28,002 nucleotides of DNA from positions 1 through 28,002 of the IMG/VR virus record IMGVR_UViG_3300047561_000322. One strand, 5' to 3'. The stretch is from a virus (taxonomy: Duplodnaviria; Caudoviricetes). A model generated the notes under the pieces. That model saw only the letters and a program-made list of their open reading frames with translations. It made no database searches and had not been told where the DNA came from. This document shows positions 15,650 to 24,280 of this stretch, piece by piece. Both the position numbers and the translations under genes were made by a program. Within the stretch, counting starts at the first letter, position 1; each line of letters starts with the position of its first letter.

Positions 15650-15847
15650 TTATTTTGCTTTTACAAGCGAATCTTCACGCATCCAATGTTTCTGCAATGG
15701 TTGTTTTTCAATTAGATTGTCAGGCACAACAGAAACAAAATTGACACCATCAATTTCTTTCGATGGCCAATCGTGGAAAGTAAAGTAGATATCCTGTGTC
15801 ACTTTGTTACACAGTTTGATTGGTTTGTTTAGATGATTCTTTTTCAT
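15650..15847 (-). CDS. small hypothetical protein
   Basis: 65 aa ORF downstream of a consensus promoter, same strand as neighbours. Confidence 0.6.
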   Translation of the reverse strand: MKKNHLNKPIKLCNKVTQDIYFTFHDWPSKEIDGVNFVSVVPDNLIEKQPLQKHWMREDSLVKAK

Positions 15848-15854
15848 AATTTAG

Positions 15855-15886
15855 ATTCCAAGTAAGTTTTTACGCTTACTTGGAAT
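15855..15886. repeat. perfect 12-bp inverted repeat
   Basis: ATTCCAAGTAAG-8 nt-CTTACTTGGAAT. Confidence 0.75.
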
Positions 15887-15913
15887 TATACATCACATCA
15901 GACTAGTTGTCAA
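15885..15913 (-). promoter_or_regulatory. consensus sigma70 promoter
   Basis: TTGACA-17 nt-TATAAT; the -35 box contains the hsp20 TGA stop. Confidence 0.85.
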
Positions 15914-16383
15914 GTCTTACCTTTTAACTGTTGTTTAGGAGCAACAGTCTGTCCAATTTGGACCTTACGGAGTTTCTTCTCTTCTGGAATAACATTTTCC
16001 AGTTTGATGATAAGAAGTCCATCGGTTGATAGATCCGCATCACGGACAACAATAGTTTCAGCAAGAACAAACTTGTGTGTGAAGTCACGAGTGCCGATCC
16101 CACGATGTAGAAACTTCTCAGGATCTCTCGTAGTTTTAATTGCACCATTGACTGTTAATCTTCCACCTTCAGCGGTAATTTCAATGTCATCACGTTTAAA
16201 TCCAGAGACTGCAATTTCAATAGTGTAATTGCATTCATCCTCTTTGATGATATTGTATGGTGGATAAGTTTGCGTCTTAGTTGTTAACAACGTATCGAAT
16301 TCTTCGAAAGTGCTAAGAAGACGATCAAAGCCAACAGTGGCTGGAAGCAAAGATTTGCCATACGGCAACGAAATGTGCGTCAT
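15910..16383 (-). CDS. hsp20: small heat-shock protein Hsp20 (IbpA-like)
   Basis: VGFDRL, YPPYNIIK, IEIAVSGF, FLHRGI..RDF, DGLL.I.L...IPEE. Confidence 0.95.
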   Translation of the reverse strand: MTHISLPYGKSLLPATVGFDRLLSTFEEFDTLLTTKTQTYPPYNIIKEDECNYTIEIAVSGFKRDDIEITAEGGRLTVNGAIKTTRDPEKFLHRGIGTRDFTHKFVLAETIVVRDADLSTDGLLIIKLENVIPEEKKLRKVQIGQTVAPKQQLKGKT

Positions 16384-16389
16384 AGTTTT

Positions 16390-16451
16390 CTCCTAATTAA
16401 AGCGAGGTTATAATAGTGTGAACCCTTACGGCATTCACGATATTATTTATA
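16390..16451 (-). promoter_or_regulatory. late promoter plus structured hsp20 5' leader (GNRA hairpin and ROSE-like anti-SD)
   Basis: TATAAATA at 16444-16451; GTGAATGCC-GTAA-GGGTTCAC at 16418-16438; CTCGCTT...AGGAG at 16390-16407. Confidence 0.55.
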
Positions 16452-16456
16452 CAAAA

Positions 16457-16864
16457 TTATTCTTTAGATTGATGCTTCTTACCTATCTGATATTTTGGTA
16501 CTAACTGCCACTCACCTTTTTCTTTATGTGAAAGAATTTTGATTTGTGACAATGAGACTGTTGGTTCTTCAGTCTTGTATTCATCTACAATTCTTAGAAG
16601 TTCCCAATCTTCTAGTAGATTTGCAATCGTATTTCTACGTGCCATATCATTCTCAGAAAAGTCAGTTTCTTTACCATCTAAAGCAAACAGTTCTTTGAAG
16701 TGGGTAATATAGTATTTACCTTGTTTGTGTAGAATGTGGCACGATTGAAATAGTGTTTTTTCTTTCTTAGAAGCTACTCCAATTCGAGTCAAAGTCTCAC
16801 GAACTTTAAGGAAGTCATCTTTTTGGTCTAATGTGACTTCAACCAGATCCTCGATTCTTATCAT
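16457..16864 (-). CDS. regA: translational repressor RegA
   Basis: DDFLKVRETLTRIGVAS, QSCHILHKQGKYYI.HFKELF.LDG. Confidence 0.97.
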   Translation of the reverse strand: MIRIEDLVEVTLDQKDDFLKVRETLTRIGVASKKEKTLFQSCHILHKQGKYYITHFKELFALDGKETDFSENDMARRNTIANLLEDWELLRIVDEYKTEEPTVSLSQIKILSHKEKGEWQLVPKYQIGKKHQSKE

Positions 16865-17240
16865 TATTCTTCACTCCACCTTTGTCTAGTTTTTGTTTTA
16901 TCAAAGATATCTGATCTTTATTTAAGATACGTAGTGCTTCCTTCGCTTTCGCATTAGAGTAACCATAGTATTCTTTAATACAATCTAAATCTTCAATACT
17001 CTGTGCTTTTTGCCATGGTTGAAACTTACGCTTCATTGCACGAATAGTATTTAGAAGATACTGATATTGTAGTTCAGAATCAATTGTTGCAGACATATTC
17101 ATCTGATTTGCATACATGATACAATCCATATGATATGATAATGCTTTATTAACTACAAAAGATTTATAAGTTTCTTGTGAAAAAGAATACTTCTTAGTTT
17201 GAAGTATTGATGGAACGATTTCTTTAAATAAATCACTCAT
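16839..17240 (-). CDS. gp62: clamp loader small subunit (gp62)
   Basis: F.VN.ALS, AN.MN, IKEYYGYS..KA.EAL.IL; position between gp44 and regA. Confidence 0.9.
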   Translation of the reverse strand: MSDLFKEIVPSILQTKKYSFSQETYKSFVVNKALSYHMDCIMYANQMNMSATIDSELQYQYLLNTIRAMKRKFQPWQKAQSIEDLDCIKEYYGYSNAKAKEALRILNKDQISLIKQKLDKGGVKNNDKNRGSG

Positions 17241-18175
17241 TTAAATTCACATTCCATCATAAATTCAGTAAGACATGCGACTAGATTTATTTCTTGATCT
17301 GCAACGAATGCTGCCTGATACTGATACTTTGCAAGTATTAGAACTGCTTGTGGAATACTATCTGGTTTCATAAATTCATACAACGAATCATAGATCTTAC
17401 GAAGAATCGTTTTAGGATCATTGTCGATGTTATTAGTTACCCACTTACGTGCCGATGTGAAATCTTTTGATTTGATTGCTTTAACTAGTTCATTGATCTG
17501 AAGATCTGCAACAGATGCGAGAATACCTTTATCGATAGAACCAGACACAGCATATCGTTGAAGTTCATTTAGAATACGTCGATTATCTGGAAAGTGTTTA
17601 GTGATAACAGCAGCAACCACTTCTTTATCAAACTCAATATTCTCATTGCGAAGAATGTTCTCAACTCGTTTAAAGAATTGAGTTGCCATCTTTGCTTTCT
17701 GTCCATTCTGAATCTTAAATTCAACAACAGAACATCGAGAATGAAGTGGTTCAATGATACGATTCTTGTAATTACAAGTAAAGATGAATGAACAATTAAC
17801 TGCAAATTCTTCAATCGCACCACGAAGTGCAGGTTGAGTTGAATTAGGATTTAGATAATCTGCTTCGTCGATAATGATGACCTTTCGACCACCAGAAAGA
17901 CTCATTGAGGATGCATAATTCTTAATTTTGTTACGGAATGTGTCAATACCGCTTTCGTCCGAACCGTTGATAACGATATAGTCACATCCGACTTCTTCAC
18001 AGAGGGCTTTGGCAATTGTAGTTTTGCCAACGCCTGCGGATCCAGCAAGAAGCAAATTTGGGATTTCTTTTCGGTTAACATATTCCTGGAATGTAGATTT
18101 AAGAGTTTCTGGGAGAATACAATCAGCGACTTTGCGAGGTCGATACTTCTCGACCCACAACATTTGACTTTCCAT
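17237..18175 (-). CDS. gp44: clamp loader large subunit (gp44)
   Basis: WVEKYRP, GSAGVGKTT, IIDEAD, PLHSRC. Confidence 0.97.
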   Translation of the reverse strand: MESQMLWVEKYRPRKVADCILPETLKSTFQEYVNRKEIPNLLLAGSAGVGKTTIAKALCEEVGCDYIVINGSDESGIDTFRNKIKNYASSMSLSGGRKVIIIDEADYLNPNSTQPALRGAIEEFAVNCSFIFTCNYKNRIIEPLHSRCSVVEFKIQNGQKAKMATQFFKRVENILRNENIEFDKEVVAAVITKHFPDNRRILNELQRYAVSGSIDKGILASVADLQINELVKAIKSKDFTSARKWVTNNIDNDPKTILRKIYDSLYEFMKPDSIPQAVLILAKYQYQAAFVADQEINLVACLTEFMMECEFK

Positions 18176-18203
18176 TCACGATCTCCATAATATAAAAAAA
18201 TAA

Positions 18204-18887
18204 TCAAACGCCGTAACTAGAACCAGATTCAGTAGTGATCCAATATTCAATTGGAGCATTCTTATTCTTAAAGTGTGAAATACCTTTTGCAGAAATAACA
18301 ACATCATAAGAACCTGCAATCAATTTCAAGTTCTCAGCAGCAAAGATCATTTTGAATCCACTTGGACTTGGAAACTCACCAATATCAGTGGAGTTAACGT
18401 GTGCTGAGTCATCCATTTTATCAAATGTTTCAACAGAAACTTTAGTGCCATCAGAAACAAACGCAACGTGAGGCGAACTCAATACACTTGCAACTTTAGT
18501 GATCCATTCAAAGTCGGCAGCAACAAGAGTAAACTTAATCTCTGCCGAGTCCATATTGATTTTCTTCTCTGGCGGAACAAGAATAGTTTCTTTGTTTGCT
18601 TTACGATAACGAATCTTACTTCGACCCGAAAGCATGTTGATAACGATTTCTTTATCATTAAACTCAAGTTCTGGAACTCCAGTCTTGTCAAGTGTAATAA
18701 CAGTCAAAAAGTTATTGACATCATATACACCAAACTCGGTTGGAAAAGATTCTGCAACTTCTGCTCGTGCAAGAATGTTTTTCTTCTTTGAAATCGTCTC
18801 AAGTACATTACCAGCTTTAACAAAAATACTTTCATTAATACTAGTAAAATTTTTCAAAATATTCATAGTGTCGTTAGACATTTTCAT
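18204..18887 (-). CDS. gp45: sliding clamp (gp45)
   Basis: T..ILKNF.SIN, FGVYDVNNFL, NLKLI.G.Y.V, YWI..E; upstream of gp44. Confidence 0.95.
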   Translation of the reverse strand: MKMSNDTMNILKNFTSINESIFVKAGNVLETISKKKNILARAEVAESFPTEFGVYDVNNFLTVITLDKTGVPELEFNDKEIVINMLSGRSKIRYRKANKETILVPPEKKINMDSAEIKFTLVAADFEWITKVASVLSSPHVAFVSDGTKVSVETFDKMDDSAHVNSTDIGEFPSPSGFKMIFAAENLKLIAGSYDVVISAKGISHFKNKNAPIEYWITTESGSSYGV

Positions 18888-19546
18888 AACAAAACTCCTT
18901 TAGTAAGTTCATCAATTATAGCATATCCGTAGAACATTTGCAAGCACAACATGATGTTTTTTTCGAGATCTTTGAGACTTCCGTCATTCCTAATCACATG
19001 ATCGGCATTCTGATTACCAATCCATTTCCACTCAGATTCATGAATTCCAATATCTTGCATGACTTGAATAGAGTGTTGACATCCAGTGTTAGCTTTACTC
19101 GCCACATCATACCATAGAGGAAGTTCGCCTCTTCTGATTTCAATTAGAATACCTTTTTGTTTTCTAACCCAATCAATCTCATTTTGAAAACGCACATCGG
19201 TGATGACATAATGTTTGTCATCACCTTTCAGTTTATTCTCTAAAGCATGAATCCATAAATTCTCACCAAATACATTACGACCAACTTCAGTGCCCATTAG
19301 TTGTAATGCAAGACGGGGTGTAAATTCACGACCAAGTTTTTCAGACCAAAAGAGATCTATTTTTTCACGAAATTCTCTAGATTCGTAAGTATCGCCTTCA
19401 AGTAGTTTGCGGGCCCATCCAAACATAACAGATGTTACATCTTTAAGATGAGACGCAAAACTAATCTTTTCAAAACTATATTTTTCTAGAATATCTCCAA
19501 CTGATCCTTTACCAGAACCAATAAAACCTAGAACTCCAACGATCAT
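18884..19546 (-). CDS. deoxynucleoside monophosphate kinase (gp1-like)
   Basis: GFIGSGKG, SFA..LKD, TPR.ALQ.MGTE, ITDVRF.NE, HESE; start re-called to ATG 19546 (TAATG overlap). Confidence 0.9.
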   Translation of the reverse strand: MIVGVLGFIGSGKGSVGDILEKYSFEKISFASHLKDVTSVMFGWARKLLEGDTYESREFREKIDLFWSEKLGREFTPRLALQLMGTEVGRNVFGENLWIHALENKLKGDDKHYVITDVRFQNEIDWVRKQKGILIEIRRGELPLWYDVASKANTGCQHSIQVMQDIGIHESEWKWIGNQNADHVIRNDGSLKDLEKNIMLCLQMFYGYAIIDELTKGVLL

Positions 19547-20343
19547 TACATTTCTCCGACATAATTTGCCACTGCTGGCATATCTCCCTGGAAATGATAG
19601 GTGCCGATGTGTTGAGTACGCATCCATGGGCACAGCCAAATCTGACCACCCATATTACGCCACCACTGGCAGAACATATAGTCTTCAGAGAGATAACGTT
19701 CAGAGACTTTATCAATCACAGTGTCAAAGTATGCGTGAATGTATCGGGTGCCATCAAAGTTAGCTTGACCAACATGATCTGGTTTGTATTTCAATTCTGG
19801 ATACTGTGCTTCAAATTGAGGGAACACTTCACGCTTTACCATCATAAAGCCAGTACCAATTTCCATAACTTCTAGTGGTTCAGACACAGAGAACTGTGAA
19901 GTACCTTTAACTGGATTAAAGACATAATCTCCAGTCACTTTCTCTAGAAGTCCTGGATCCATACCAGGATTCGACATCAATGCTTTCGCAACTGAACGCC
20001 ATTTAATAGACTTCTTGGGATATGGACCACCAATAACGTCACGATCAAGTGCAAGCATAGCAAGAACATCTTGTGGATTAAAATTAATATCAGAGTCGAT
20101 AAACAAAAGATGAGAGCAATCTGATCGATGCAAGAACTCATCAACAAGATAGTTCCGTGCGCGAGTGATCAAAGACTCATTAAATAGAAACGAGAATTTA
20201 ATGTTGATTCCATATTGAACGCAAAGACCTTGAAGATCAAGGCATGCTTTCATGTAGAGTCCGTGATTTTGACCACCGTACATTGGTGTGGCAACGAAGA
20301 TGCTTTTCTTTTGCAGATCTTCGGATTTGATAGAAATTTCCAT
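19546..20343 (-). CDS. GT-A fold glycosyltransferase-like protein
   Basis: FVATPMYGG, ESLITRARN, LLFIDSDI, GTGFMMVKR, YLSEDY.FC; start re-called to ATG 20343 (GGAG RBS). Confidence 0.7.
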   Translation of the reverse strand: MEISIKSEDLQKKSIFVATPMYGGQNHGLYMKACLDLQGLCVQYGINIKFSFLFNESLITRARNYLVDEFLHRSDCSHLLFIDSDINFNPQDVLAMLALDRDVIGGPYPKKSIKWRSVAKALMSNPGMDPGLLEKVTGDYVFNPVKGTSQFSVSEPLEVMEIGTGFMMVKREVFPQFEAQYPELKYKPDHVGQANFDGTRYIHAYFDTVIDKVSERYLSEDYMFCQWWRNMGGQIWLCPWMRTQHIGTYHFQGDMPAVANYVGEM

Positions 20344-20360
20344 AACAACTCCATTTTTAT

Positions 20361-20388
20361 AGAAAAGAGAGGAGTTCACACTCCTCTC
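20361..20388 (-). terminator. rho-independent terminator
   Basis: GAGAGGAGT-GTGA-ACTCCTCTC followed by TTTTCT, just after the HTH gene. Confidence 0.75.
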
Positions 20389-20403
20389 ACCATTCACAAG
20401 ATA

Positions 20404-20670
20404 TTAACCTAGCGAATAACCCGATTGTAGTGCGGTTTTAACAAGAGCTTTAGTTGGAGTACCTAGACGATAAAAGTTAATCTTACGTCCATCTTCCAAA
20501 GTTTTTGTATTAGTGTAGATGCAATGACCTTCTTGACGAAGTTCACTGATTCGTGCAGACACGTTCTCAATACCAAAACGACGGCGTGCTTGCTTCACGG
20601 TAAATGTGTTGTATCCGCTTTTCTGTTTGAGGACAGCAAGCATACGATCTTTAACATTCAATTTTTCCAT
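20404..20670 (-). CDS. small winged helix-turn-helix protein
   Basis: 88 aa basic; FTV.QA..RFGI.NVSARISELRQEG..I...YRLG. Confidence 0.75.
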   Translation of the reverse strand: MEKLNVKDRMLAVLKQKSGYNTFTVKQARRRFGIENVSARISELRQEGHCIYTNTKTLEDGRKINFYRLGTPTKALVKTALQSGYSLG

Positions 20671-20719
20671 TGTATTTCTCCATTATCATTTCACAAAAAT
20701 ACCCTTTCGGGAAACATAT

Positions 20720-20748
20720 AGTATACTACTATATATGCGGGATGTCAA
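20720..20748 (-). promoter_or_regulatory. sigma70-type promoter
   Basis: TTGACA-17 nt-TATACT upstream of the HTH gene. Confidence 0.8.
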
Positions 20749-21658
20749 GCAAATTTTGCTTTCCAAAATTTCTGACAAGTTTCATACCATAATTGTTGTT
20801 ACCTTCTGGAATAACAACATTCGGTTTCATTCTTAATTCATTCTTTTTAAAGACAGAGTAGTCAACGTAGTGGTGCCAACGACCATATTTTTTAACCATA
20901 GTTGCAACATCTGGATGAAGATCGACTAACATCTGAGATTTATTTCTTGTTCCCTCAGGATTAAGTGTACCATCTCGCCATTCTTTTTTATCCAATGTAC
21001 CTTCTTTATGATAGAACTCTTCGGTATTACCACCCTTAACAGTTTGAGTTGCTGCTTTACCTTGAAGAAAGGCGTTGAATTGAATAGTGCAATCACCATC
21101 TTTTAGAACACGAAGACAAATATCAGTATCTTCATTGTATCTACCACGCCAACGATGTTTGCAATCATTAGATATCAAAAGTGTCGAATAGATTCTTGTA
21201 TTCTTGACATATGGTGGATAGAAACTATTTGGTGCAATAAAGAATCGATATTGAAATCCAGAGATAGGAACATTCTCATATCGATCAACAAAGTCTTCTG
21301 ATGCTTTGAAAATTGCACCAGATTCTACACGAATACGTTTATTATAATTCAATCTGTAGAAGTCATCGATGTTATCGTCAAGAACCCAATGTTTTTCAGA
21401 ACCAATTGAGATTGCATGATCCCAACACCAGTTTCTGGCACGTCCTGGACCATCTCCATGATTAGAGAACGGTGCAACTAGAAGTGTTACATAATCTCTA
21501 ATCTTAAAATTATCTAACGCTTGATCATACAACTTTTCATCTTGTGGTTCAATTGTAATGTAATGAGGCACTTTCATTCTAGACAAAGATCTAGAAGTCT
21601 TCATTGTCTCATGTCGACCTTTAGAGATAATATAAACAGGATGAACTGGATTGGTCAT
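20729..21658 (-). CDS. GREB1-like / TET-associated-type (TAGT) glycosyltransferase, candidate DNA base glycosyltransferase
   Basis: PVYIISKGR, G.GRARN, HWVLDDNI, RIYS.LL, WRGRYNEDTD..LRVLK.G, KGGNT; start re-called to ATG 21658 (ATGA overlap). Confidence 0.7.
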   Translation of the reverse strand: MTNPVHPVYIISKGRHETMKTSRSLSRMKVPHYITIEPQDEKLYDQALDNFKIRDYVTLLVAPFSNHGDGPGRARNWCWDHAISIGSEKHWVLDDNIDDFYRLNYNKRIRVESGAIFKASEDFVDRYENVPISGFQYRFFIAPNSFYPPYVKNTRIYSTLLISNDCKHRWRGRYNEDTDICLRVLKDGDCTIQFNAFLQGKAATQTVKGGNTEEFYHKEGTLDKKEWRDGTLNPEGTRNKSQMLVDLHPDVATMVKKYGRWHHYVDYSVFKKNELRMKPNVVIPEGNNNYGMKLVRNFGKQNLLDIPHI

Positions 21659-21984
21659 TCTTCGATCCACCTCAACAAAGAATTCTCTTCACGATCTAGT
21701 TTTGGATACCAAATACTTTTAGTTTTCTCAGACAAATTTTGATCAACTAATTTAGCAAATGCATCATAGTCTTCTTTATTTCTAAAGTTTAGATACAGTT
21801 GTTTATATGGTGGATTTTTATCCTGATCATATTCAGGCATTCCTTTCCAGTGTTTCTTCCAATCAGGAGTACTTGTAGAAGGATCTGGAATATCACCTAA
21901 AAGATCTTCAAACGTAAGTGCTTGCGTAGTATCTTTAACACCAATACAATTTTCATATTCTACACTTTCATCAACTTTCATCAT
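21655..21984 (-). CDS. hypothetical protein coupled to the TAGT-like gene
   Basis: 109 aa; WKGMPEY.Q...F...EDY..F...Q...TKSIWYP. Confidence 0.7.
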   Translation of the reverse strand: MMKVDESVEYENCIGVKDTTQALTFEDLLGDIPDPSTSTPDWKKHWKGMPEYDQDKNPPYKQLYLNFRNKEDYDAFAKLVDQNLSEKTKSIWYPKLDREENSLLRWIEE

Positions 21985-21989
21985 GTATC

Positions 21990-22568
21990 CTAATCTGTTG
22001 ATCGAACAAACTTGATCCGTTTTTTGGTCGCCATCTTTAGGGCTACCGGGCCCACATGCTTAGTGTAACACACTCCGTTCAGGTGGTCAAGCTCGTGTTG
22101 GAAACAACGCGCCGTGAGTCCTGTGAACTTGCCAGTCTTATGTGCTCCAGTAAAGTCTTGGTATTCAACTTCAATCGTTTCTGCCCTTTCAATATCTAGA
22201 TAGAGATTTTTAAAAGATAAACATCCCTCTGTCAATCTAACAGAACCAGATGAAGATACAATCTTTGGATTGTAGAAAGCGACGTATTCATCTCCAGATC
22301 CAACTACGAATACACGATATTTAAATCCACATTGATTTGCGGATAATCCAAATCCATCATGTTCAATACAAGTCTCCACTAAAGAACTTGCAAATGCATT
22401 AGGATCAACTGGCGGATTATCAAAATCAAATTCTGGAATAACTTCTTTTAAAATAGGATCATTTTCAGACACTAATTTAAATTTAATAACTTTAGAAGTA
22501 ACAGACATACTTGAGACTTTTAAGTCTTGTTTCCACGCATCTGTGTCGAATGTGATAATATCACTCAT
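21990..22568 (-). CDS. def: peptide deformylase
   Basis: All three motifs: GFGLSANQ, EGCLS, QHELDHLNG. Confidence 0.95.
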   Translation of the reverse strand: MSDIITFDTDAWKQDLKVSSMSVTSKVIKFKLVSENDPILKEVIPEFDFDNPPVDPNAFASSLVETCIEHDGFGLSANQCGFKYRVFVVGSGDEYVAFYNPKIVSSSGSVRLTEGCLSFKNLYLDIERAETIEVEYQDFTGAHKTGKFTGLTARCFQHELDHLNGVCYTKHVGPVALKMATKKRIKFVRSTD

Positions 22569-24280
22569 TTTGCCACCTGTGAGAAATTGTTTCGTTTTTC
22601 GAATTTGATAACAGATCTGAATTTGTCAAAGAGTTGATCACCTTTGTGTGAGATTACGAAGACGTTAGTGTTGTTATCAAGAGAATTTAAAAGTTTAAGA
22701 AATTCTTCTGTTCCAACTCCATCTAAGGACGAATCAAACACTTCATCGAGAATTAATAGATTAGTATTAACAGAGTTTTTCATTTTTGCCACTTGACGCC
22801 AAGTAAACAAAAGTGCCAAATCTATACGCATTTTCTCACCCTCAGAGAAAGATGCATATGAAAACTCATCTCTATGCCTAGACTTGATTGTCTCTTCAAA
22901 GTTTTCATCAAGATTAAAATTGACAAAGAAGTCCATCGCGGTAAGATATTTATTAATTAACTTATTCATCACAGGCAAATACTGTTTGATGATCTTAGTT
23001 TTAATACCAGTATCTTTTAGTAGTATTGATGCATACTCATAATACTGTTTATCTTCTGCACACTTTTTTGCAATCTTAATATGTTCTTCCAACAAAACTT
23101 TAAGTTCTTTCAATTTGGTGTTATCAGTCTCAAAAGAAGCAGTAGACTTTTCAATCTGTGAGATTTCATTCAGAAGTTTTTCATTATAAGTATTGATTGA
23201 TTTAAACTGAGTATTCAACTTAACAACTTCTGAATTATGATTTCTAATGTTCTCTTGAGTCTTAGTAATTTCATCAAGTCTTTTATTAGTTTTCTCAATC
23301 TCAATCAACAATAGTTCAGACGCTTTTCCAATTTCATTAAGTTTATCTTTCTTCTCTGTGATACTTTTTGTTTTATGATCTTCTTGAATTGTTTGATGGC
23401 AAGTTGGACAATTGTCATTGTTCTCATAAAACTCTATTTCTTTTTCAACTTTAGATTTATTAGTATCAAACTTAGCTTCAATTTGAATCATCTTCTTAGA
23501 CTTCTGTTCAGTAGACGCTCTGTCTTTCAAAGAGTCCAACATAATGTCTACGTGTTTTTCGATCTTAGAAATGTCTTCTTTTAATTTAACTGTTGCAATA
23601 TTATTCGTGTTAATCTCTTCACGTTTCTTTGCAATCTCTGCTGCCGAGTTTGTTTTATGATCTTCGATATTCTGTTTTTGAATTTTAATTTTTTCAGCAA
23701 CAAGTTTCATCTCATAGTCAACATCTTTCTGTTTATCTTTCAATTCACTCAATTGATTTTTAACAACAGAATTCATCGAAGAGAAGATTCCAATATCAAG
23801 CAAGTCTTCAATAATTGTACGCCTATCAGCAGCAGACAATTGCATGAATGGCACAAAAGATGCAGAACCGAGAATAACAACTTGAGTAAAAGACTTATAG
23901 TTCAACTTGAGAATAAACTTCTCTAAGTGTTCTTGATAATCTTTTGACTTTGCATCTTGATTAAGAAGAATCTTGTCACATAAAATCTCAAAGACGTTAG
24001 GTTTTAGTCCACGAATAACTTTGTATTCTCTTTTACCGATAGTAAATTCTACTTCAACGACACCATTAGATTGATTGATCGAATTCAGTAGATTCGGTTT
24101 GTTGATCTTTCTAAACGGTTTGCCAAAAAGAACAAATGTAAATGCGTCAAGTATGGTAGATTTGCCAGCGCCATTTTGCCCCACTATGAGTGTATTGGTG
24201 GACCGAGTTAGATCGATTTCGGTAAAAGCGTTACCCGTGGAAAGAATGTTCTTCCACCTGATTTTTGTGAATATAATCAT
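22565..24280 (-). CDS. gp46: recombination endonuclease ATPase subunit (gp46, Rad50/SbcC-like)
   Basis: GQNGAGKST, CPTC zinc hook, FSEGEK, LILDEVFDSSLD, VISH. Confidence 0.97.
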   Translation of the reverse strand: MIIFTKIRWKNILSTGNAFTEIDLTRSTNTLIVGQNGAGKSTILDAFTFVLFGKPFRKINKPNLLNSINQSNGVVEVEFTIGKREYKVIRGLKPNVFEILCDKILLNQDAKSKDYQEHLEKFILKLNYKSFTQVVILGSASFVPFMQLSAADRRTIIEDLLDIGIFSSMNSVVKNQLSELKDKQKDVDYEMKLVAEKIKIQKQNIEDHKTNSAAEIAKKREEINTNNIATVKLKEDISKIEKHVDIMLDSLKDRASTEQKSKKMIQIEAKFDTNKSKVEKEIEFYENNDNCPTCHQTIQEDHKTKSITEKKDKLNEIGKASELLLIEIEKTNKRLDEITKTQENIRNHNSEVVKLNTQFKSINTYNEKLLNEISQIEKSTASFETDNTKLKELKVLLEEHIKIAKKCAEDKQYYEYASILLKDTGIKTKIIKQYLPVMNKLINKYLTAMDFFVNFNLDENFEETIKSRHRDEFSYASFSEGEKMRIDLALLFTWRQVAKMKNSVNTNLLILDEVFDSSLDGVGTEEFLKLLNSLDNNTNVFVISHKGDQLFDKFRSVIKFEKRNNFSQVAK

